DNA of 64,000 nt from Candidatus Eiseniibacteriota bacterium (GTDB taxonomy: Bacteria > Eisenbacteria > RBG-16-71-46). Positions within the stretch are counted from its first letter, which is position 1. Each line of letters begins with the position of its first letter. Where the stretch lies: positions 832,001-896,000 of the forward strand of contig CAVSAC010000010.1 of assembly GCA_963725865.1 (NCBI GenBank), written 5' to 3'. The position numbers and the translations under genes were made by a program. The notes below the pieces were generated by a model. The model had not been told where the DNA came from, did no database searches, and saw only the letters and a list, made by a program, of their open reading frames with translations. Below are positions 10,138 through 18,876 of this stretch, piece by piece.

Positions 10138-11403
10138 ATGGCCACTTACCTCGAGCAGCGCCGCGCCCGAGCCGCCGCCGCCTGGTCGCTCACCGACGAG
10201 ATCGTGCTGGTGGGCGCGGGCGAGCCCCTCTCCATTCCCGGCGGCGCCGACCAGACCTATCCCTTCATCGCGCACGCCGAGTACTTCTGGCTCGCGGACA
10301 CCGAGTGCGTCGGCGGCGTGGTGGCGTTCGATCCCAAGTCGGGCTGGGTGGACTTCGTGCCGCCGATCACCGAGGCCGAGCAGGTGTGGGAGGGCAAGAC
10401 CGAGGTCCAGGGCGTTCCGGTTCACGAGTTGCCGGGCTGGCTCCACGCGCGCCGCGGGCGCGCGATCCTCAACCTCGGATCGCCGCTCGCCGGCATCCCG
10501 AGCGGCGGCGGACGCCTCGAGGAGCTGCGCGACGCGCTGTCGCACGCACGGCGCCCCAAGGACGAAGTCGAGCTGACACGCATGCGCCGCGCGGCGGCCG
10601 CCACGGTGGCCGGCTTCGAGAAGGTGAAGGGGCTCATCCGCCCCGGCGTCACCGAGCGCGCGCTGCAGGTCGAGCTGGAGGCGGAGTTCTTCCGCCACGG
10701 CGGCGAGTGCACCGCGTACGGCACCATCGTCGGCGCGGGCTCGCACTCGGGCGTGCTCCACTTCAGCCCCACGGAGCGGGCGCTGAAGGACGGCGATGCG
10801 GTGCTGATCGACGCCGGCGCCGAGATCCAGCGCTACGCGAGCGACATCACGCGCACCTACCGCGCCGGCAAGGCCGACGGATTCTTCCGCGACCTCTATC
10901 AGGTGGTGCTCGCGGTCGAGGAGCGCGGCGTCGCCCGCTGCGTGAAGGGCGGGGAGTGGCGCGACATCCACCTGGCTGCCGGCCGCGAGCTGGCCGAGGG
11001 GCTGGTGGCGCTCGACATCCTGCGCGGCGACGTCGACGCGCTGATCGAGCGCGACGCGCACGCGATGTTCTTCCCGCACGGCCTCGGCCACCTGGTCGGC
11101 CTCGGGGTCCGCGACGCGAGCGGCTACCTCCCGGGGCGCAAGCGCAGCACGCGGCCGGGGCTCAGCATGCTGCGCACCGATCTGCCACTGCAGCCGGGCT
11201 ACACCATCACCGTCGAGCCGGGCATCTACTTCATCCCCGCGCTGCTCAACCACCCGGAGCGCCGCGCCAGGTACCGGGACGCGGTGAACTGGGCGAAGGT
11301 CGACGGCCTGCTCGAATTCGGCGGCATCCGCATCGAGGACAACGTGCACGTCACCGAGGGCGCTCCCGAGGTGCTGACCGCGGCGCTGAGCAAGGCGCTG
11401 TAG
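10138..11403 (+). CDS. Xaa-Pro aminopeptidase (M24B)
   Basis: LIDAGAE..YASDITRT, HGLGHLVGL, TVEPGIYF, GGIRIEDN. Confidence 0.9.
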   Translation: MATYLEQRRARAAAAWSLTDEIVLVGAGEPLSIPGGADQTYPFIAHAEYFWLADTECVGGVVAFDPKSGWVDFVPPITEAEQVWEGKTEVQGVPVHELPGWLHARRGRAILNLGSPLAGIPSGGGRLEELRDALSHARRPKDEVELTRMRRAAAATVAGFEKVKGLIRPGVTERALQVELEAEFFRHGGECTAYGTIVGAGSHSGVLHFSPTERALKDGDAVLIDAGAEIQRYASDITRTYRAGKADGFFRDLYQVVLAVEERGVARCVKGGEWRDIHLAAGRELAEGLVALDILRGDVDALIERDAHAMFFPHGLGHLVGLGVRDASGYLPGRKRSTRPGLSMLRTDLPLQPGYTITVEPGIYFIPALLNHPERRARYRDAVNWAKVDGLLEFGGIRIEDNVHVTEGAPEVLTAALSKAL

Positions 11404-11428
11404 CGGGCGCGGCCGGCCGGAGCCGCGG

Positions 11429-11486
11429 GCTACGCGGTGGCGCCGGCGTGGCAGGCCGGCGCCGCCCGCTACGCGGTGGCGCCGGC
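11429..11486. repeat. 19-bp direct repeat GCTACGCGGTGGCGCCGGC duplicating the 3' end of pckG
   Basis: Copies at 11429-11447 and 11468-11486; the second contains the pckG stop codon. Confidence 0.85.
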
Positions 11487-13274
11487 CTTCGCGCTGGACA
11501 GCCGCTTCTCGAGCGCCGCCAACTCCTCCTTCAGCCCCTGTGGGAGCTTGGCCCCGAACTTCTCGTAGTGCTTGCGGATGAGCGGCAGCTCCGCGCTCCA
11601 GCCCTCCACGTCCACCCTCAGCAGCTCGGCCAGCGCCGCGGGCGGAACCTCGAGCCCGCTCAGGTCGAGCGCGCCGGGCGCGGGCAGCCGCCCGATCGGC
11701 GTGTCCACCGCCTGCGCGGTGCCGGTCACGCGCTCGAACACCCACTTCAGCACGCGGCTGTTCTCCCCGTAGCCCGGCCACAGGAACTTCCCCTCGGCGC
11801 TCTTGCGGAACCAGTTCACGTAGAAGATCCGCGGCAGCTTCGCCGCGTCCGCCTTCGCGCCGGTGTCGAGCCAGTGCTGGAAGTAGTCGCCCATGTGGTA
11901 GCCGCAGAACGGCAGCATGGCGAAGGGATCGTGGCGCAGCGTGCCGACCGCGCCGGCGGCGGCCGCGGTGGTCTCGCTGCTCATGATCGAGCCGAGGAAC
12001 GTCCCGTGCCGCCACGACAGCGCCTCGTTCACCAGCGGTACCACCGTGGCGCGGCGGCCGCCGAACAGGATCGCCGAGATCGGCACGCCCTGCGGGTCCT
12101 CCCACTCCGGCGAGATCACCGGACACTGGCGCGCGGGCGTGGTGAAGCGGGCGTTCGGGTGGGCCGCCTTGCGTCCGCTCTGTTCGGTCCACGGCCGCCG
12201 CAGCCAGTCGACCGCCTCCGCCGGCGGCGGGCCCATCTCCTCCCACCACACGTCCCCCTCGGGCGTGATCGCGCAGTTGGTGAAGATCGAGTTGCGCTCG
12301 ATGGTGCGCATCGCGTTCGGGTTGCTCTGCACGCTGGTGCCGGGGGCCACGCCGAAGAACCCCGCCTCGGGATTGATCGCGTACAGGCGGCCGTCGGCGC
12401 CGAACTTCATCCAGGCGATGTCGTCCCCGACGGTCTCCACCTTCCAGCCCGGCAGCGTCGGACGGAGCATCGCCAGGTTGGTCTTGCCGCACGCCGACGG
12501 GAACGCCGCGGCGACGTAGGCCTTCTCGCCCTGCGGGTTCGTGATGCCGAGGATCAGCATGTGCTCGGCCATCCAGCCTTCGTCGCGCGCCTGCACGGAG
12601 GCGATGCGCAGGGCGTGGCACTTCTTGCCGAGCAGCGCGTTGCCGCCGTACCCGGAGCCGAACGACCAGATCTCGCGCGTCTCGGGAAAATGACAGATGT
12701 ACTTGGTGGTGGGGTTGCACGGCCACGGCGAGTCGGGCTGCGCTCCCTCGAGCGGCGCACCCACGGTGTGCAGGCCGCGCACGAACTCGCCGTCGGCGCC
12801 CAGCGCCGCGAGCACCCGCGCGCCGACGCGCGCCATGATGTGCATGTTCGCGACCACGTACGGCGAGTCGGTGAGCTCGACCCCGATGCGCGCGATCGGC
12901 GAGCCGATCGGGCCCATGCTGTAGGGGATCACGTACATCGTGCGGCCCTTCATCGCGCCGGTGAAGAGCTCGGCGAGGGTCTTCTTCACCTCGCCCGGGT
13001 CGCGCCAGTTGTTCGTGGGGCCGGCGTCCTCGCGACGCCGCGAGCAGATGAACGTCAGGTCCTCGACCCGCGCCACGTCCGCGGGATCGGAGCGCACGAA
13101 GACGCTGTTCGGGCGCCGGACCGGGTCGAGCCAGATCGCGCTGCCGGACTGCACCATGATGCGAAGCATGTCCTGGTACTCGCGCTCGGATCCGTCACAC
13201 CACGCGATCCGGTCGGGCTGGCACATCGCGGCCACATCCTCGACCCAGGACTTCAGGACCTGGTTGTTCGTCAT
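11469..13274 (-). CDS. pckG: Phosphoenolpyruvate carboxykinase (GTP)
   Basis: [71 protein letters not shown]. Confidence 0.97.
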   Translation of the reverse strand: MTNNQVLKSWVEDVAAMCQPDRIAWCDGSEREYQDMLRIMVQSGSAIWLDPVRRPNSVFVRSDPADVARVEDLTFICSRRREDAGPTNNWRDPGEVKKTLAELFTGAMKGRTMYVIPYSMGPIGSPIARIGVELTDSPYVVANMHIMARVGARVLAALGADGEFVRGLHTVGAPLEGAQPDSPWPCNPTTKYICHFPETREIWSFGSGYGGNALLGKKCHALRIASVQARDEGWMAEHMLILGITNPQGEKAYVAAAFPSACGKTNLAMLRPTLPGWKVETVGDDIAWMKFGADGRLYAINPEAGFFGVAPGTSVQSNPNAMRTIERNSIFTNCAITPEGDVWWEEMGPPPAEAVDWLRRPWTEQSGRKAAHPNARFTTPARQCPVISPEWEDPQGVPISAILFGGRRATVVPLVNEALSWRHGTFLGSIMSSETTAAAAGAVGTLRHDPFAMLPFCGYHMGDYFQHWLDTGAKADAAKLPRIFYVNWFRKSAEGKFLWPGYGENSRVLKWVFERVTGTAQAVDTPIGRLPAPGALDLSGLEVPPAALAELLRVDVEGWSAELPLIRKHYEKFGAKLPQGLKEELAALEKRLSSAKAGATA

Positions 13275-13376
13275 CGTCTCCGCCTCTTTGGCCCAACGGC
13301 TCGCGGCCGGCTGGCAGGGGTGGCGCTCGCGGCGATTCGGGCCGTCCGCGTGGGGGGATGGACCGCCGGTGGTCGA

Positions 13377-13419
13377 GTGGAAGCGGGTACACATAACCTC
13401 GCGACGCACGCCGCATCAA
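13377..13419 (-). promoter_or_regulatory. Putative pckG promoter (TTGATG-17-TTATGT) with an adjacent LacI-type palindrome GTGTACCCGCTTCCAC
   Basis: TTGATG at 13419-13414; palindrome at 13377-13392 matches the 4947-4962 box at 11/16 positions. Confidence 0.45.
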
Positions 13420-13579
13420 GGGCGGAAATGCGGTCCGCCGCGGTCCCCGCGGCCGCCCCCGCCGTCCGCCGGGGCCCCGCCCGACCCGGGCGGCCGCGGC
13501 CACGATCCACTGCGCGGCGGCGGCCGAACGGCCGATACCTGCGGGGACCATCCCGACCGGCCGTGATCCCGGAGGCTTC

Positions 13580-14218
13580 ATGAACACCCTGACCGTCGTC
13601 GCTCTCTCCGCCCTCGTCTCGGTCGTCGTCGTGCCGTTCCTGCTCCGCGCCCTGCTGCGCCTCTGGCTCGGTCGCGTCGTGGGTGAAGCGGCGCTCGCGA
13701 AGCAGCCCGACCGCATCCAGTTGATGCCGGCCACGCCGGGCGTGTGGCGGGACCGCGAGCGCTCGGAGCGGCTGGCGGCGGACTTCGCGCGCGAGGGTTT
13801 CCGCGACGCGGGCACGTTCACGGTGGCCGAGATGCCCGGCGTGGTGCTGCGCCTGCTGGCGCACGCGGGCGACGCGCTGGTCGCGGTCGTCTACGAGCAC
13901 CCCAAGGCGGGCTCGTGGGTGGAGTGCGTGTGCCGCTACCAGGACGGAACCAGTGCCCAGTTCACCACGCTGCCGGCCACCGGCCTCGAGGGTCGCCCGG
14001 GCTGCGTGCGCGTGAACGCGCCGGGACTCGATCCGTCGGCGCTGCTCGCCCGCATGCGCGCCGAGCGCCCGGCGCGCGCGCTGCGCCCGGTGAGCGCCTC
14101 CACCGTCGCGGCGGACTTCGAGCAGGCTTACGCCGACGAGATCGCGTGGCGCCGCCAGCGCGGCATCAGCGGGCGCGAAGTCGCGGCGGTCGCGGAGCGG
14201 ATGAAGCAGTCGGCCTGA
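13580..14218 (+). CDS. Hypothetical protein with an N-terminal membrane anchor
   Basis: GGAGG before ATG; hydrophobic N-terminus; plausible codon usage. Confidence 0.75.
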   Translation: MNTLTVVALSALVSVVVVPFLLRALLRLWLGRVVGEAALAKQPDRIQLMPATPGVWRDRERSERLAADFAREGFRDAGTFTVAEMPGVVLRLLAHAGDALVAVVYEHPKAGSWVECVCRYQDGTSAQFTTLPATGLEGRPGCVRVNAPGLDPSALLARMRAERPARALRPVSASTVAADFEQAYADEIAWRRQRGISGREVAAVAERMKQSA

Positions 14219-14564
14219 GCGCCGCGCGCGGCTTCCAGCCGTGGCGCGCGAGGTTCACGCGGCCACGCGCGTCGAAGCGCACGCCCTCGCGCTCGAGTCG
14301 GATGCGCTGGGTCACCCCCGCGCCGCCGGGCGAGCGCATCAGGCTGATGCGCCCGCCGGCGCCCAGTACGCGATGCCACGGCAGCGGCGTCGCGTCGGGC
14401 AACGCATGGAGCGCGTAGCCCACCAGCCGCGCGTGACGCGGCAGCCCCGCGAGTGCGGCGACCTGTCCGTAGGTGGCGACCCGCCCGCGCGGGATGCGGC
14501 GCACCACCGCGCGGATGCGTGCGTGGGAGTCCGAGAGCGGGCGGGGAACGCGCGGGCGGAGCAT
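14166..14564 (-). CDS. Alkyltransferase-like protein (ATL/YbaZ type, MGMT family)
   Basis: IPRGRVATYGQVA..ARLVG..PWHRV: Trp replaces the catalytic Cys of PCHRV; QRIRLEREGV. Confidence 0.88.
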   Translation of the reverse strand: MLRPRVPRPLSDSHARIRAVVRRIPRGRVATYGQVAALAGLPRHARLVGYALHALPDATPLPWHRVLGAGGRISLMRSPGGAGVTQRIRLEREGVRFDARGRVNLARHGWKPRAALRPTASSAPRPPRLRAR

Positions 14565-14693
14565 GCGCGCAGCCTAGCGCGCGACGGAACGCGGCGCCAC
14601 GCCGCGGAGCGGCAGGCACTCCGCGGTCTTTCGGTCGCTCGATCACGCTCCAACCTTCTCAATCCACGGCGCGATCCTGCCGATGAGACAGGA

Positions 14694-16934
14694 ATGCGCA
14701 CCCCGAGAGCCCTGCGGCGCCTCGCCCTGCTGCTCCTGCCCGCGGCGCTCGTCGCGGGCTGTGCCCCGCGCCACGAGCCCGCCCGCGCGTGGACTGCCGA
14801 CCAGGTCCCCGAGGCGTACGCACGCCCGCTCGGCGCCCTCATGTGGCCGGGCGGCACGCGCGCCTTCCAGGTGACCCCGGGCGGCGATCTCTACAACGGC
14901 GTGTGGGCCGTGCGAATCACGGCGTGCGCGGGAGATTCGCCGGCGGCGGCTCCGCGATCGATCGCGTGCGAGGACCGCTGGCTGCCGGTGCTCCGCTGGA
15001 CACGTCGCGGCGGGGGCGTGCAATGGGACTATGAGGCGATCGCATGTCCCGAGCCCGAGCCGGGGCCGTTCGCGCCGCGCGGCCTCTTCGCGCGCATGCT
15101 CGCCGCACGCGAACGTGCGGCGGATCGGCGTGCGGTGGACGCGTTGTTCGCGAGCCTGCCGCTCCAGCGCGCGGACCAATTGCTGGCCCGCGCGCCGCTG
15201 CCCCTCGAACGCGATCCGCTCGATCGGCGGAACGTGCTCGTCTCGCTGCAGGTGACGGTGACCAACCAGGGCATCGCGAGGCGCGCCGTGCGGTCGGAGC
15301 TCGCGATCGAGCCCGCGCCGCTCGACGCATCGTATCGCGACCCCGATTCCCTGCTCGGCGTGCCGTGGAACACGTGCTGGCTCACCGCCGTCCCCGCCGA
15401 CTCGGTGATGGGGGTCGGCGCGGGTGAGGTCACGGGGCATTCGCTCGTCACGCGCTTCGAGCTGCGTCCCGGGGAACGACGGACGTTTCGCGCCGTGCTC
15501 CCGGCCTACCCGCTCCGCGGCTCGTCACTCGAAAGCTGGGCGCGCGTCTCGCACGCGGAGCGCGTCCGCTCGGTGCGCGAGTACTGGCTGCGCACGATGG
15601 ACCGGGGTGCCACGATCGAGCTCCCGGATCCGGAGGTGGTGCACGCGTGGCGCGCCGCCGCCGTGCTGCTCCTGTCGCTGCGCGAGCGGCGGCTCGATGC
15701 CTGGGTCCCGATCGGAGGGCCGTTCCACTATCGCGACGTCTGGCTGCGCGACGGGGCGCGCGCGATGCAGGCGCTGGCGATCGCGGGCTATACGCGCGAG
15801 GCGCGCGAGCTCGCGCAGTCCTTCCTGGCGTTCCAGTGGCCCCACGGGCCGTTCCGCAGCCAGGGCGGGCAGCTCGACGGCACCGGACAGGCGATGTGGG
15901 CGTTCGAACAGGTCCTGCTGCGCCCGCGACCGGCCCCCGACGTGCGGCGCTACGCCGACGCGGGCGTGCGCGCGTGGCGCGCCCTCGAGCGCGCGCGCGG
16001 AGGCGCGCGTCCGGGCGGCGGCCGAGGCATCGCGGGGCTGCTGCCCATCACCGATCCGCACGACGCCGAGCTCGTCGAGGCGCAACTGGTCGGCAACGAT
16101 GCCTGGGCCATCGCGGGCTATCGGGCGACCGAGCGGCTGCTGCGCGCGGCGGGTGAGAACGCGGCGGCGGATTCCATCGGGCGTTCCGAGCTTCGATATC
16201 GGCGCACGTTCCAGGCGAGCCTCGCGGCGACGGGGCAACCGGACGTCCCGCCCTCGTGGCAGGGACCGGGGACGGATTGGGGGAACCTCGCCGTGGGCTA
16301 TCCGTGCCGCGTGCTGCCGCCGGATGATCCGCGACTGCTGGCCATGGCGCGCAGGTACTGGGCCGCGACCGGCGGCGCGGGACTCGGGCACTACCGCGAC
16401 CCGGATGCCGCGCACACCTACGTCGCGGCCGACCTGGGGACGTGGGCGCTGGTCTCGGGACACCGCGCGATCGCGGACAGCGTCCTGGCGGCGAGCCTCG
16501 CATGGCGTTCGGCGGGCGGCGGCGCGGCCGAGATCTTCTCCCGCTCGAAACGGGACTTCGGCGTGAACTACCCGCCGCATCCGACCGCCGCCGCGGCGCT
16601 CATCGCGCTCGTGCGGAACAGCCTGCTCTACGACGATGCGGACGTGCTGCAGCTCACGCTCGGCGCACGCACTGCGTGGTGGACGGGCAGCCGCGTGCGA
16701 CGCGCGCCGACGCGCTGGGGCCTCATCGATCTCTCGTTCGCGCGTGAGGGCCGCGAGGCACGCTGGTCGTGGACGCCGGTGCCGGTCTGGACGGCGCTCA
16801 CGCTGCCGCCGGCGACGCATCTCGCCGGGCCCCTGCCGCCGGGGTGTCTGCAGGGCCGGCGCGGCGATGTCGTGCTGGCGCCGCCCGGGCGCGGCGAGGT
16901 GCACCTGACGATCGCGGACGGCGTCGGATCCTGA
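14694..16934 (+). CDS. Lipoprotein with a putative (alpha/alpha)6 six-hairpin glycosidase-like domain
   Basis: Lipobox LVAGC; HYRDVWLRDG, QLDGTGQAMW, GNDAWA; tail RAPTRWGLIDLSF. Confidence 0.65.
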   Translation: MRTPRALRRLALLLLPAALVAGCAPRHEPARAWTADQVPEAYARPLGALMWPGGTRAFQVTPGGDLYNGVWAVRITACAGDSPAAAPRSIACEDRWLPVLRWTRRGGGVQWDYEAIACPEPEPGPFAPRGLFARMLAARERAADRRAVDALFASLPLQRADQLLARAPLPLERDPLDRRNVLVSLQVTVTNQGIARRAVRSELAIEPAPLDASYRDPDSLLGVPWNTCWLTAVPADSVMGVGAGEVTGHSLVTRFELRPGERRTFRAVLPAYPLRGSSLESWARVSHAERVRSVREYWLRTMDRGATIELPDPEVVHAWRAAAVLLLSLRERRLDAWVPIGGPFHYRDVWLRDGARAMQALAIAGYTREARELAQSFLAFQWPHGPFRSQGGQLDGTGQAMWAFEQVLLRPRPAPDVRRYADAGVRAWRALERARGGARPGGGRGIAGLLPITDPHDAELVEAQLVGNDAWAIAGYRATERLLRAAGENAAADSIGRSELRYRRTFQASLAATGQPDVPPSWQGPGTDWGNLAVGYPCRVLPPDDPRLLAMARRYWAATGGAGLGHYRDPDAAHTYVAADLGTWALVSGHRAIADSVLAASLAWRSAGGGAAEIFSRSKRDFGVNYPPHPTAAAALIALVRNSLLYDDADVLQLTLGARTAWWTGSRVRRAPTRWGLIDLSFAREGREARWSWTPVPVWTALTLPPATHLAGPLPPGCLQGRRGDVVLAPPGRGEVHLTIADGVGS

Positions 16935-17178
16935 TTGCTCGCCCGGCATGGGTGATTTCTGCCGTGGTGGCCAACCCCTCGCCGGTCCGGGCCGGCGACC
17001 GCTTTTGGCCAGGTCGTCGGCTGGCGGCCACTTGAGCCGTGGAGCCGTGGCTGGCAGCCGGGCGGCATGCTTCATGCGAAACGTCCGGCGCGGGACCTCC
17101 CGACCGGGCGGCCCCACGGGCAGGCTGGGCGATTGCTCGGGCAGGCCGCGGACGATCGCCTCCATGGGCAGGCTCCTC

Positions 17179-18180
17179 ATGTCACAGGCGCTCGAACGAC
17201 ATCGCGACGATGGGCGCGCGGACCCGGGTGCGGGGACCGCCGCGGTGCGTCCGCTGCGGGTGCTGCTCGCGTTGGATCACGGTCGCGACGCCGAGCCCGT
17301 GCGGGATGCGCTGCGGGACCCCGCCGCGCCGCCACTGGAGATGAGTGAGACGGTGCGGCTGTCGCGCGTGGTGACGAGCGTCATGCGCGCGCATCCCGAT
17401 GTGGTGCTGCTCGGGCTGGGGCATCCCGCCGGCGGCGGACTGAACGCGCTCCGCCGGCTGCGCACCGTGGCGCCACAGTTCCCGGTCGTGGCGCTCGCGC
17501 ACAGCGAGGACGAGCCGGTGGCCGTCGAGGCGGTCCGCGAGGGCGCGCAGGACTACCTGCTGGCCGAGACCATGACGCCGCTCACACTCGGACGCTCGCT
17601 GTGGTGCGCGGTGGAGCGGCACCGGCGGCTGAACGAGCTGCGCGAGCAGTGCTGGACCGATCCGCTCACCGGGCTGCACAACCGGCGCGGCTTCGCCGCG
17701 CTCGCCGAGAGCCACCTGCTGCTGGCGCGTCGCAACGGGCGCCGGCTGCTGCTGCTGTGCGCCGACGTCGACGACCTCAAGAGCATCAACGATCGCTTCG
17801 GCCACGAGGAGGGCGATCGCGCGCTGACCCGCGTCGCGTGGCTGCTGCGTCGCGCGCTGCGCGAATCCGACGTGCTCGCGCGCTTCGGTGGCGACGAGTT
17901 CGTGGCGCTGGCGCACGATGCGGACCAGCGCTCGGCGACCACCGTGACGGCGCGCATCGTCTCGAAGTTCGAGGCCGCCCACGCCGCGCAGCGGGGGCCC
18001 TATCGCCTGTCGCTCTGCATCGGGACGGCGTCGATGGACGCCGCGGGCGCGAGCCTCGAGACCCTGCTGAGCCGTGCCGACGAGGCGCTGTACCGCAACA
18101 AGCGCCGCCGTCCGGCGATCGTCCGCGCCACGGGGTCGACGTCGCCCGCCGGCCCGCCGCGCCCCACCGGCGCGGCCTGA
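17179..18180 (+). CDS. Diguanylate cyclase with an N-terminal degenerate receiver domain
   Basis: DPLTGLHNRR, DVDDLKSINDRFGHEEGD, I-site RESD, RFGGDEF, ADEALY; REC-like GAQDYL. Confidence 0.9.
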   Translation: MSQALERHRDDGRADPGAGTAAVRPLRVLLALDHGRDAEPVRDALRDPAAPPLEMSETVRLSRVVTSVMRAHPDVVLLGLGHPAGGGLNALRRLRTVAPQFPVVALAHSEDEPVAVEAVREGAQDYLLAETMTPLTLGRSLWCAVERHRRLNELREQCWTDPLTGLHNRRGFAALAESHLLLARRNGRRLLLLCADVDDLKSINDRFGHEEGDRALTRVAWLLRRALRESDVLARFGGDEFVALAHDADQRSATTVTARIVSKFEAAHAAQRGPYRLSLCIGTASMDAAGASLETLLSRADEALYRNKRRRPAIVRATGSTSPAGPPRPTGAA

Positions 18181-18190
18181 GCCGCGTCCT

Positions 18191-18835
18191 TCAGGGCAGC
18201 AGCTTCGCGCTCACCAGCCGGGGCACCACCGTGGACGCCACGTCCCGGCTCACCTGCTCGATCGGCGCGGGCTGCACCAGCGGCGTGCGCCCGGCCCACA
18301 CCATGCGCCCGGAGCTGGCGCCTTCCCACACCTCCACGTCGTAGCCCACGACGCGCTCTGGCTCGACGGTGGTGCGTCCGCGGGACTGGTGGAACACGCT
18401 CACGTACATGCCCCAGAACGGCATGAACGTGCCGCCGACACCGACGCCCGCGCCGCCGCTGCGGCGCTGCACTTCGTCCTCGGCGCCCTTGCGAACCGTG
18501 AGCAGTCCGTCGAAGCCACCCTCGCGCAGCTTGGTGCGCGCCTCGGCCGTATCGGGGAACGACTCGGGGAACAGCCGGTGGCTCGGGGTCGCGGACACGC
18601 CGCGCGTCGCGAGCTGGCGCACGAACGCGTCCTCCCACTGGCGGCGCTTCACCGGATCGGGCATCGCCGCGAGCACGAACCAAGTGCGATAGCCCTGGGG
18701 CGCGCGCTCGGTGTCGGTCCACTCGGTCGCCAGCCGAGTCGTCGCGCAGCCCGGGAGCATCCCCAGCCCGGCGCCCAGCAGCAGCGCCACCGCCAGCCCG
18801 CGCGCGCCGCGCGCGGTCACCGTCCTGGTCCGCAT
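18191..18835 (-). CDS. Hypothetical lipoprotein (possibly DUF4136-like fold)
   Basis: Lipobox LPGC; RRQWEDAFV, FDGLL, MVWAG; GGGAGG before ATG. Confidence 0.7.
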   Translation of the reverse strand: MRTRTVTARGARGLAVALLLGAGLGMLPGCATTRLATEWTDTERAPQGYRTWFVLAAMPDPVKRRQWEDAFVRQLATRGVSATPSHRLFPESFPDTAEARTKLREGGFDGLLTVRKGAEDEVQRRSGGAGVGVGGTFMPFWGMYVSVFHQSRGRTTVEPERVVGYDVEVWEGASSGRMVWAGRTPLVQPAPIEQVSRDVASTVVPRLVSAKLLP

Positions 18836-18876
18836 CGAAGCCTCCCTCCCGCCGGCGGCCGGTCGGCGCACGGGAC

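Noticed and set aside
14166..14218. 53-bp convergent overlap between ATL and the hypothetical gene as antisense regulation
   Set aside because: The ATL tail is low-complexity run-on; such overlaps are common in high-GC genomes.
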